This document shows positions 1 through 6,564 of a stretch of DNA of 12,959 nt, one piece after another. A program made the translations under genes and the position numbers. The first letter of the stretch is position 1; each line of letters begins with the position of its first letter. The notes under the pieces are model-generated. The model did not search any database, was not told the origin of the DNA, and worked only from the letters and a program-made list of their open reading frames with translations. The DNA comes from a virus. The stretch is from IMG/VR virus record IMGVR_UViG_3300045988_138394; one strand, given 5' to 3'.

Positions 1-14
1 TCCCCCATGATTTT

Positions 15-49
15 TATGCAAGATACACAAAGGCCATGCGTGTCAATAG
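15..49. repeat. ITR-internal direct repeat unit, copy 1 (mirrored at 12911..12945)
   Basis: TATGCAAGATACACAAAgGCC-5nt-TGTCAATAG recurs 65 bp downstream (80..114). The TATGCAAGATACACAAA and TGTCAATAG blocks are identical between copies. Confidence 0.85.
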
Positions 50-79
50 GCAAATTACACAAAAATAAAGCTCAAAAAC

Positions 80-114
80 TATGCAAGATACACAAAAGCC
101 CAATTTGTCAATAG
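80..114. repeat. ITR-internal direct repeat unit, copy 2 (mirrored at 12846..12880)
   Basis: TATGCAAGATACACAAAaGCC-5nt-TGTCAATAG, a direct repeat of 15..49. Confidence 0.85.
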
Positions 115-221
115 TGCAACATCAACAAAAAATCACCGCTGAATTTATGCACATTGCACAATTTCCAATATCTAGCAAAAAAGTGCGGTTTGTTTGCGCA
201 TTGTGTACAAATTGTATAAAA

Positions 222-242
222 TATATTACGTAGCGTAATATA
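222..242. promoter_or_regulatory. 21-bp palindrome (TATATTACG-TAG-CGTAATATA), candidate operator upstream of the late promoter
   Basis: Perfect 9-bp arms around a 3-bp spacer. It lies just inside the left ITR boundary, 35 bp upstream of the -35 box at 277. Confidence 0.35.
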
Positions 243-276
243 AAAAGTTACAACCTGTAAACTATTTTGTAGTATA

Positions 277-305
277 TTGACATTACTGGTTATATGGGTT
301 ATACT
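277..305 (+). promoter_or_regulatory. sigma70/sigmaA-type promoter of the plus-strand structural/lysis operon
   Basis: TTGACA (277..282), a 17-nt spacer, then TATACT (300..305). It faces the holin gene and no other plus-strand promoter-like site lies closer to 417. Confidence 0.7.
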
Positions 306-315
306 GTATACATAA

Positions 316-384
316 GGGCGGCGGACAGGTGCAGCGCCGGAAGCGCGTCCATGCTCTAGCACGGGGCATAAGCCGCCCGATTTT
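316..384 (+). ncRNA. Structured RNA element (three-way junction plus U tract): candidate small RNA or 5' leader attenuator
   Basis: P1 pairs 316-322 GGGCGGC with 372-378 GCCGCCC. P2 pairs 323-326/347-350 and 334-337/343-346, with a 7-nt bulge AGGUGCA and loop CGGAA. P3 pairs 351-356/364-369 with loop UAGCACG. UUUU follows at 381-384. The element starts about 4 nt after the predicted transcription start. Confidence 0.35.
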
Positions 385-416
385 ATAATATATCCGGCTG
401 AATTGGAGGAATAAAG

Positions 417-794
417 ATGCCTGTAAAAATTGTTATCATTGCCGTGCTTGTCGCTATACTCCTTGATTACGCGGTCGGAACGATTCGCGCGCTCTACTAT
501 TTGCAGACGGGCAACGAAGCGGATAAAGCCAAGTGGTGGACGTCGCGCAAAATGTGGGAGGGCATCGTGCACAAGGCGACCGAGGTTGTATTACTTTTTG
601 TTGCTCACGGTATTGATTTAGCCGCACCTTATTTTAACTTGCAGCTCCCGATATGCCTTATGGATTTTGTTGCTGCCTTTTTGGTTATTATGGAGTTAGG
701 CAGTGTGTTAGAGAATCTGCGTGACCTTAACCCCGGACTGTCCAAACCGATTGACACCATCGAACACTTTACGGGGGTGGACAAGCATGACTAA
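417..794 (+). CDS. Holin (phage holin family 4 / toxin-secretion-lysis holin type)
   Basis: GGAGGA lies 6 nt upstream of the ATG. The 125-aa product has hydrophobic segments and the pattern LDYAVGTI...W.SRKMWEGIVHK...IMELGSVLENL, typical of Phage_holin_4 proteins (recollection). Confidence 0.85.
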   Translation: MPVKIVIIAVLVAILLDYAVGTIRALYYLQTGNEADKAKWWTSRKMWEGIVHKATEVVLLFVAHGIDLAAPYFNLQLPICLMDFVAAFLVIMELGSVLENLRDLNPGLSKPIDTIEHFTGVDKHD

Positions 795-1104
795 AGAATA
801 TCGTCTGACAGCCGAAATTACAGACGGCAAACTGGTCATAGCGAAACAGGACGGCAGCGCTTTTGAAGTTGTCGCAACACCCGTTGAAAACGGCGCAAAG
901 TTTCCGGCGGTAGGTTTTGGCGCAATAGGCGCGGTAACCACGGTGTTACAGGCGCTGTTGCGCTACTACGGACACAAAATATCCATTGACGGTATTTTCG
1001 GTGCTGATACGCGCGCGGCTGTCGTAGATTTTCAGACCGCGTGCAACATTCCGGTAGATGGTTATGTTTCACGTGAAACATGGGCAAAACTTTTGGAGGG
1101 ATAA
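787..1104 (+). CDS. Stand-alone peptidoglycan-binding domain protein (PG_binding_1-like), 105 aa
   Basis: The C-terminal half, VLQALLRYYGHKISIDGIFGADTRAAVVDFQTACNIPVDGYVSRETWAKLL, fits the PG_binding_1 consensus (LQ..L...G....DG.FG..T..AV..FQ.....DG.....TW..L). I prefer ATG 787 (GGGGGTGG 6 nt upstream, overlapping the holin stop) to the track's GTG at 721. Confidence 0.8.
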   Translation: MTKEYRLTAEITDGKLVIAKQDGSAFEVVATPVENGAKFPAVGFGAIGAVTTVLQALLRYYGHKISIDGIFGADTRAAVVDFQTACNIPVDGYVSRETWAKLLEG

Positions 1105-1107
1105 TAT

Positions 1108-1443
1108 ATGACAATTGACGACGTTTTGGCATTGGCGCGCTCCGGATATACCCGCGATGAGATAGCGGCATTGAACCAGCCCCCGCAGCAGCAGCATGCA
1201 CCCGCAGCACCCGCAGCACCCGCAGCACCCGCAGCACCCGCACCCGCAGCACCCGCAGCACCCGCACCCGAAGCACCTGCACCCGAAGCCGTCCCGGCAT
1301 GGGCAGAAGCGCTCAATACCAGTATTGCAGCTTTGACTCAGCGCATAACGGCAATTAATATCGGCGGTACAATCCCCGCACAGCAGCCGCAGACGGTTGA
1401 CGCGATACTTGCGGAGATTATCGCGCCGCAGCCGAAAAAGTAA
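1108..1443 (+). CDS. Putative scaffolding protein with a Pro/Ala-rich repeat linker
   Basis: GGAGGG RBS. The 111-aa gene lies immediately upstream of the capsid gene, in the position of phi29 gp7. The function is inferred from position and size only. Confidence 0.5.
   Translation: MTIDDVLALARSGYTRDEIAALNQPPQQQHAPAAPAAPAAPAAPAPAAPAAPAPEAPAPEAVPAWAEALNTSIAALTQRITAINIGGTIPAQQPQTVDAILAEIIAPQPKK
1201..1290 (+). repeat. In-frame 9/6-bp microsatellite (CCCGCAGCA / CCCGCA)n encoding PAAPAAPAAPAAPAPAAPAAPAPEAPAPEA
   Basis: Direct reading: four consecutive CCCGCAGCA units from 1201, then mixed CCCGCA / CCCGCAGCA / CCCGAAGCA units up to 1290. Confidence 0.9.
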
Positions 1444-1460
1444 CAGGAGGTAACAACAAA

Positions 1461-2639
1461 ATGCCCGTAAACACTCTCAGTTTTAACCAGCTCTCGACGC
1501 TGCTTAACGGCATCGCGTCGCAGGCTACGGGCGCGGCTAGTATCGCGCCCGTTAACACCAACGAGTTTGTATCAGTCGCACAGACGGCTCTGCTCGCCGG
1601 TGCAGACCCGGTAATGTCCGCCATATCGCAGATACTTGGTCGTAGCATTTTTAGTATCCGTCCCTATAACGCAAAGTTTAGGGGTCTGCTGATGGATAAT
1701 CAGCGTTGGGGGGGCATTACCCGCAAAATCAACTACGTTGATAAATCGTTTACCAACGATAGTGGTTTTGCGCTCACTGACGGCGAGGCTATAGACCAGT
1801 ACACTGTCAACAAGCCGGAGGTCGTACAGACGAACTATTACGGCTCCAATATTTACCAGAAAAGTATCACCATTTTTAGAGATCAGCTTGATACGGCGTT
1901 TAGCGGCGTCGACCAGTTTGCGGAGTTTATCGGCGGGGTAACGCAGAATATCTCCGACCAGATAGAGCAGGCGCACGAAAACACCGCGCGCATGACCGTT
2001 GCAAACCTTGTCACCGGCATCATAGCTGCGGCAAAGGCAAACCAGATTGTACATCTCCTCACCGAGTATAACGCGGTGACCGGTCTTGAGCTGACAGCGA
2101 CCACGGTGTATACTCCTGCAAACTTTAAACCGTTTATGCAGTGGGTCTACTCCCGCATTGCGCAGGTGTCATCCATGCTTACCGAGCGTAGCCAGACATA
2201 TCACTTTAATCTCACGGGCAAGCCCATACAGCGCCACACTCCGTATGATCGGCAGCGGCTCTATCTCTATGCCGCTGGGCGCTACCAGTCCGAGGCGCAG
2301 GTGCTCGCGGACACTTACCACGATAACTATCTCCGTTTCGGCGAAACTGAGACTGTCAATTTCTGGCAGTCAATCGAGAAGCCTGACCAGATACAGGCGA
2401 AGCCCTGCTATCTCAAGGAGGCAGACGGCACGGTTATCACCGCCGCAGATAATGTCACACAGGCAAATGTTTTTGCAGTGATGATGGACGAGGAGGCTGC
2501 AGGCATGAACATATTTAATTATGAGCTGACCAGCACGCCGTACAACGCTCGCGGCAGATACAACAATTTGTGGTGGAGCTTCAACGAGCGCTACTTCAAC
2601 GATTTCACCGAGAACGCGGTTGTTTTCCTCCTTGACTAA
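1461..2639 (+). CDS. Major capsid protein (phi29 gp8-like, HK97 fold, no C-terminal Ig-like domain)
   Basis: AGGAGG RBS, 392 aa. The C-terminal block NARGRYNNLWWSFNERYFNDFTENAVVF resembles the phi29 gp8 block [28 protein letters not shown] (from memory). The gene is followed by a strong terminator. Confidence 0.8.
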   Translation: MPVNTLSFNQLSTLLNGIASQATGAASIAPVNTNEFVSVAQTALLAGADPVMSAISQILGRSIFSIRPYNAKFRGLLMDNQRWGGITRKINYVDKSFTNDSGFALTDGEAIDQYTVNKPEVVQTNYYGSNIYQKSITIFRDQLDTAFSGVDQFAEFIGGVTQNISDQIEQAHENTARMTVANLVTGIIAAAKANQIVHLLTEYNAVTGLELTATTVYTPANFKPFMQWVYSRIAQVSSMLTERSQTYHFNLTGKPIQRHTPYDRQRLYLYAAGRYQSEAQVLADTYHDNYLRFGETETVNFWQSIEKPDQIQAKPCYLKEADGTVITAADNVTQANVFAVMMDEEAAGMNIFNYELTSTPYNARGRYNNLWWSFNERYFNDFTENAVVFLLD

Positions 2640-2654
2640 TCGCGTTTCAAGATA

Positions 2655-2683
2655 CAGCCCCGGTAACACGGGGCTGTTTTGTT
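2655..2683 (+). terminator. Rho-independent terminator/attenuator after the capsid gene
   Basis: CAGCCCCG (2655-2662), loop GTAACA, CGGGGCTG (2669-2676), then TTTTGTT. Confidence 0.75.
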
Positions 2684-2694
2684 AGGAGCATGAA

Positions 2695-4251
2695 ATGATA
2701 ACAATTAAACTCTATCAGTTTGCCAAGCGCACAAACAGCACAAAACGTCCGAATGACCAGACGGACACGGTGCAGGTTTTTGACGGCAATATAGCCAACG
2801 CTACGAGCATGTTAACTCCCACGGTTATTGTTGATTTTACGTCACTCAAAGTTGGCAATGCCTCATACAATCCGTTGCCGTGGACTTATGCATTTATCGT
2901 CGAGTTGCGGCGGTACTATTTTGTAACCAATTGGACGTGGGCAAACGGTGTATATTATGCGGATTTGGCTGTTGATGTATTGGCAACATTTAAAGCAGAG
3001 ATTTACGCAAGCACTTTATATGTCACTAGAGCATCAAAAGCTTTTGATGGGCTTGTGCCTGATACTCTATATCCAGCGGTCGCTAATGTCGACCATGTAA
3101 CCACAACAAAAGCCACACCATGGGAGACTAGTTTTGAGAGTGACAACGGTACATTTTTAGTTGCTACAATGTCAGGTGATAGGACAAGCACCGCGGGCAT
3201 ATCATATTATGTTATGGGCTTGTCATCGTTTAGGACGTTTATGTACAATACGTTTAATTCGGTTGATTGGCTAAATATACCGGCGTCAGAAATATCACAG
3301 TCATTGCAAAAAGTTTTGTTTAATCCCTCACAGTACGTGATATCCGTTATGTGGTTCCCCAAGATTTTAATTGGCGGCGGCGATACAGACCCAATTGACC
3401 ATGTACGAGTTGGTTGGTGGGCAATCCCAATAGGCGGCGGCTACAAGCTGCAAGGCAATTTGTGGGAGTCCGGCGAGCAAACAATAACGATTCCTAAGCA
3501 TCCACAAGCTGAAGATAGGGGTGCTTGGTGCAATCTCTCTCCATATAGTACATATAGTCTTGAGTTTTGGCCGTTTGGGCAAATTGCCCTTGACAGCTCC
3601 AAACTTGTGGGGATTACCACGCTTAAATTGTCATATGTAATTGACTATCTCACAGGCGCGGCAACTCTACGCGTAACCGGCAATCTGACGGACTCCGCAA
3701 TAGCGATAACAAGCGCGCAGTTAGGTGTGCCGATATCCCTCGCGCACATTACGTATGATTTGTCGCAGTTATCTAATATGTCAACATGGGTGGCCACAGC
3801 TGGTGCCGCACTGCTGCAAAACCCGGATATTGTAAAGACCGCTGTTAAAGATGTTGTGTTGGGAGCGCCTGTAAAGCGTTTTGACTACGCAGGATATTTT
3901 AACGGCACGCGCGAGGATGTCGGGGAATCAGCAAATACGGGTTTGACATTTAGCGAGGTTGCGAACTCTATCGGCAACGCGCTTGGCGCGGTTATTGGTA
4001 GCGGGCAGACAAGCGGCGTTAATGGCAGCACAGCACAACTTGGTTTGGGTATGCGCGTTAATGCTGATTTTATGCTGCTTGCACCCGATGACAACGAGCA
4101 CAACGGCAGGCCGCTTTGTATAAAAGCGCAACTATCCACGCTCGCGCCCGGTTTTGTCAAATGTCAATCCGGAGATATCGAGGTTAATTGCCCGGCAGCA
4201 GAACGCAACGCAATTAACACCTTTTTGACAGGAGGCGTGTACCTCGAATGA
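2695..4251 (+). CDS. Tail knob / distal tail tube protein (phi29 gp9-like)
   Basis: 518 aa. The N-terminal blocks WTYAFIVEL...DLAVDVLATF resemble phi29 gp9 WFYAFVTEL...EIDVLQTW. A Gly/Ala-rich loop (IGNALGAVIGSGQTSGVNGS) is present. The C-terminal GFVKCQSGDIEVNCPAAERNAINTFLTGGVYLE resembles gp9 [33 protein letters not shown] (from memory). Confidence 0.65.
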   Translation: MITIKLYQFAKRTNSTKRPNDQTDTVQVFDGNIANATSMLTPTVIVDFTSLKVGNASYNPLPWTYAFIVELRRYYFVTNWTWANGVYYADLAVDVLATFKAEIYASTLYVTRASKAFDGLVPDTLYPAVANVDHVTTTKATPWETSFESDNGTFLVATMSGDRTSTAGISYYVMGLSSFRTFMYNTFNSVDWLNIPASEISQSLQKVLFNPSQYVISVMWFPKILIGGGDTDPIDHVRVGWWAIPIGGGYKLQGNLWESGEQTITIPKHPQAEDRGAWCNLSPYSTYSLEFWPFGQIALDSSKLVGITTLKLSYVIDYLTGAATLRVTGNLTDSAIAITSAQLGVPISLAHITYDLSQLSNMSTWVATAGAALLQNPDIVKTAVKDVVLGAPVKRFDYAGYFNGTREDVGESANTGLTFSEVANSIGNALGAVIGSGQTSGVNGSTAQLGLGMRVNADFMLLAPDDNEHNGRPLCIKAQLSTLAPGFVKCQSGDIEVNCPAAERNAINTFLTGGVYLE

Positions 4252-4790
4252 GTTGGACAGCTAAAAACGCGGCTCTATCTCAAAGTGAGATGGAGGGCAA
4301 CGCGACAGAGATATATTATGACCTCAAATCACGCGGATGGAGCACCGAGGCCATAGCGGCAACTCTCGGCAACATGCAAGCGGAGTCGCTTATAAATCCG
4401 GGCGCATGGCAAAATTACATTGTCGGCAGTGGTGGCGGCGGTGGCTACGGCCTTGTCCAGTGGACTCCGTGGACACATTTTACTGACTACGCTGACCGCT
4501 GGGGAGTTGCACACGATGACGGCAACGCGCAGCTCCGGTGGATTGACGAGGTAACCGTGCCTTTTGGTCAGTGGGTACCCACAGCAGCATATCCTATGAG
4601 TTTTGCCAGCTACAAAATTAGCACAGAAGCTTGTGAATACCTGTCAACCGTCTTTTTGTACAATTTTGAGCGTCCTGCCGAATATAACATTGTGACACGG
4701 CAGCAGTATGCGCGCGTGTGGTATGACTTTATAACAAAGTTGCCCACGTCAAAAGGTATCCCGATTTGGCTGTTGTTTAAATTTAACTAG
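4248..4790 (+). CDS. Tail-associated lysozyme (phage tail lysozyme, phi29 gp13 N-domain type)
   Basis: ATGA overlap with the knob stop. The motif AIAATLGNMQAESLINPGAWQ....GGGGGYGLVQWT matches the GN...ES..NP ... GG.G..QWT signature of the Phage_lysozyme2 family (recollection). Confidence 0.8.
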   Translation: MSWTAKNAALSQSEMEGNATEIYYDLKSRGWSTEAIAATLGNMQAESLINPGAWQNYIVGSGGGGGYGLVQWTPWTHFTDYADRWGVAHDDGNAQLRWIDEVTVPFGQWVPTAAYPMSFASYKISTEACEYLSTVFLYNFERPAEYNIVTRQQYARVWYDFITKLPTSKGIPIWLLFKFN

Positions 4791-4801
4791 GTGGTGATAC
4801 A

Positions 4802-5707
4802 ATGGCACAGCCCCCATTTTTTTACAATTATATGAATGTTGCTATGTCCGGTGTCGAGCCGAACATGCTGCATGTGCTCGATAGCGAGCAAGGCCGATTT
4901 TTCCAGCGGTATTTGCTGAAAAAGGCATTGTCCGTTTTTAAATGGCGAGTGCCGGAAAACTGGAATAAGGACTATTTTTTGTATACGCTGTATTGTTACG
5001 GCTATGTTGCAATCATCAATACCAACGCATACGGCGTAATTCCACAGATATGCACGCTCAGCGGGTACAATGTCTTTTATCAGCCCACAACTGCGATTAT
5101 TGCAAATCCGTATTTGCGAGGTATCAAAACTCCGCGTATCGGTACGGAGTGTGCATTAATCAAGCTACAGCCCGATTACTGCGGTGTTATGGATTTGTGC
5201 GCACACTATGCAGCTAAAATGGCGCTTATCTCCAGCAGTATTGATAGCAACTTATTTAACAGCCGCGTTGCGTATGTCTTTTTTGCTAGTAACAATGCCT
5301 CGGCGACAAGTTTTAAAAAACTGGCTGACGACATCGCTAGCGGACATGCGGCAACCGTAGTTGACAAGCAGCTTAAATCCGCAGACGGCAAACTCGATTA
5401 TGAGATTTTTAATCGTGATGTTAAAGCATCATATATCGTGTCTGACCTCATATCCGATTTGCGCAAAATCGAGGCAGAGTTTGATACCAAAATCGGTATA
5501 CCCAACGCCAACACCGACAAGCGCGAGCGGCTTATTGCCGACGAGGTCAATGCAAACAACTTTGAGACAAACGCAATGGTGGGTATGTGGTTAGATAATA
5601 TCAACCTCAGCATCACCCAGGCTGAAGAGCTGTTTGGCGCTCTTGATATATCTGTAGATTGGAGGGATGATTATGCGAGCGACAATGTCAGTCGCGGGGC
5701 TGTATAA
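4802..5707 (+). CDS. Portal / upper collar connector protein (phi29 gp10-like)
   Basis: GGTGGTG RBS, 301 aa (phi29 gp10 is about 309 aa). The block KIGIPNANTDKRERLIADEVNAN resembles gp10 [23 protein letters not shown]. The N-terminal FFQRYLLKKALSVFKW resembles the gp10 YLNYLQSLAYQLFEW region (from memory). Confidence 0.8.
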   Translation: MAQPPFFYNYMNVAMSGVEPNMLHVLDSEQGRFFQRYLLKKALSVFKWRVPENWNKDYFLYTLYCYGYVAIINTNAYGVIPQICTLSGYNVFYQPTTAIIANPYLRGIKTPRIGTECALIKLQPDYCGVMDLCAHYAAKMALISSSIDSNLFNSRVAYVFFASNNASATSFKKLADDIASGHAATVVDKQLKSADGKLDYEIFNRDVKASYIVSDLISDLRKIEAEFDTKIGIPNANTDKRERLIADEVNANNFETNAMVGMWLDNINLSITQAEELFGALDISVDWRDDYASDNVSRGAV

Positions 5708-6221
5708 TTATGATACCACGCTCTTTGACGGGCTGACCGTCCCGGACGGCATGGACAAAGACACGCTTGTTACACTGATACTCCAAAACACATATAACAT
5801 GGAGTGCGTGTATTTTGATGGTGATTTTCTCAAAGCTGCAATAACCGCGTGGAGCGCTGCCAACCAGTACAAATGGCGCACACTCCAAAAAACGACGGAA
5901 TTTACATATAATCCCATCGAAAACTATGACCGCAAAGAAAATTATACAAACACTGATACTGGCACTATTACCAGCGAGGGCACAGGGACAAGTTACGCGA
6001 CGGCATTTAACAGCGATGATGACAAAAAAACAGGCAAATCTACTAGCGGAGGCACTAATACGCAAGACATTACACACACCGTTGATGGCAGTGTCCACGG
6101 CAATATCGGCGTTACCACGACACAGCAAATGATTAATTCGGAGCGCGATGTTGCCGACTACTCTGTGTATATGGCTATCGTCAGCGATTTTAAGCATGAG
6201 TTTTGTGTGTTAGTGTATTAA
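5673..6221 (+). CDS. Probable lower collar / head-tail adaptor protein
   Basis: The gene lies immediately after the portal, as phi29 gp11 does. GGAGGG (5661-5666) sits 6 nt upstream of ATG 5673; the track's ATG 5667 abuts the RBS. I recognise no motif, so the function is inferred from position only. Confidence 0.4.
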   Translation: MRATMSVAGLYNYDTTLFDGLTVPDGMDKDTLVTLILQNTYNMECVYFDGDFLKAAITAWSAANQYKWRTLQKTTEFTYNPIENYDRKENYTNTDTGTITSEGTGTSYATAFNSDDDKKTGKSTSGGTNTQDITHTVDGSVHGNIGVTTTQQMINSERDVADYSVYMAIVSDFKHEFCVLVY

Positions 6222-6231
6222 GGAGGCGTTT

Positions 6232-6564
6232 ATGATTACATATCCGTACACAAATTATCAGGATGCAAACCTTGATTGGATTTTAACCGTCGGAGCGGAG
6301 TTGCGCGCGTGTTTTGAGCCGGTCGAGGTTAGCGGCACTGATAGTTATAAGGAGCTTGTACGACGTGGAGCACTGGCAACTATCAGATACACGGATGTCA
6401 CATACACTGACAGTCTGTCAATTATACTCCCCGTTAGTCGTATTGACGAAGCGAGCCAAAAGCTCTATTTTACTGGCACATATCACAACGGCACTCGTTT
6501 TGTTGCCGTAGCCGTCACAGTTGATTATTATGGCAATATTGCCGCGACACGTAAACTGCTATGA
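6232..6564 (+). CDS. Small virion-associated protein sharing the N-terminal anchor motif of the fibre (110 aa)
   Basis: AAGGAGG RBS. The N-terminus MITYPYTNYQDANLDWIL parallels MINKYPYTNYQDINLDWLL of the next gene. The rest is unrelated and looks beta-rich. Confidence 0.55.
   Translation: MITYPYTNYQDANLDWILTVGAELRACFEPVEVSGTDSYKELVRRGALATIRYTDVTYTDSLSIILPVSRIDEASQKLYFTGTYHNGTRFVAVAVTVDYYGNIAATRKLL

Larger units (their letters stand above)
1..216. repeat. Left inverted terminal repeat (216 bp)
   Basis: Positions 1..216 are the exact reverse complement of 12744..12959. The match breaks at 217 (t, versus a in the right-end reverse complement). The ORF track shows the same 34-aa tail (ICTQCANKPHFFARYWKLCNVHKFSGDFLLMLHY) in ORFs read from both ends. 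Confidence 0.95.

Noticed and set aside
41-46. TTGACA boxes on the outward-facing strand inside each ITR repeat unit (41-46 and 106-111, mirrored at the right end), which look like -35 elements
   Set aside because: The best downstream -10 candidate is TATCTT with only a 15-nt spacer and no proper TGn extension. For the terminal-proximal box (41-46) transcription would run off the genome end within a few nucleotides, and even the inner box (106-111) would yield only about 75 nt of non-coding ITR transcript. They are more likely part of a protein-binding repeat than promoters.
108-572. 154-aa minus-strand ORF at the left end, and its counterpart, the 76-aa plus-strand ORF at 12622..12852, with an identical 34-aa C-terminus
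   Set aside because: The identical tails simply reflect reading outward through the ITRs. There are no RBSs. The ORFs run across the promoter regions and the holin start and point toward the genome ends. I treat them as ITR artefacts.
721-786. The track's GTG start at 721 for the PG-binding protein, and the upstream starts at 11496 (ATPase), 12205 (102-aa protein) and 5667 (collar)
   Set aside because: In each case a downstream start has a properly spaced Shine-Dalgarno sequence and a start/stop overlap with the preceding gene. The longer versions add unsupported N-terminal extensions that overlap neighbouring genes.
836-1316. Minus-strand ORFs (154 aa with LRVLRV repeats, 84 aa with GAAGAAG repeats)
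   Set aside because: These are antisense shadows of the (CCCGCAGCA)n microsatellite and the PG-binding gene. They have low-complexity products, no RBS and run against operon polarity.
5688-6197. 169-aa minus-strand ORF antisense to the putative lower collar gene
   Set aside because: It has no RBS or promoter and would be an isolated antisense gene inside a tightly packed plus-strand operon. The plus-strand ORF has a strong GGAGGG RBS.
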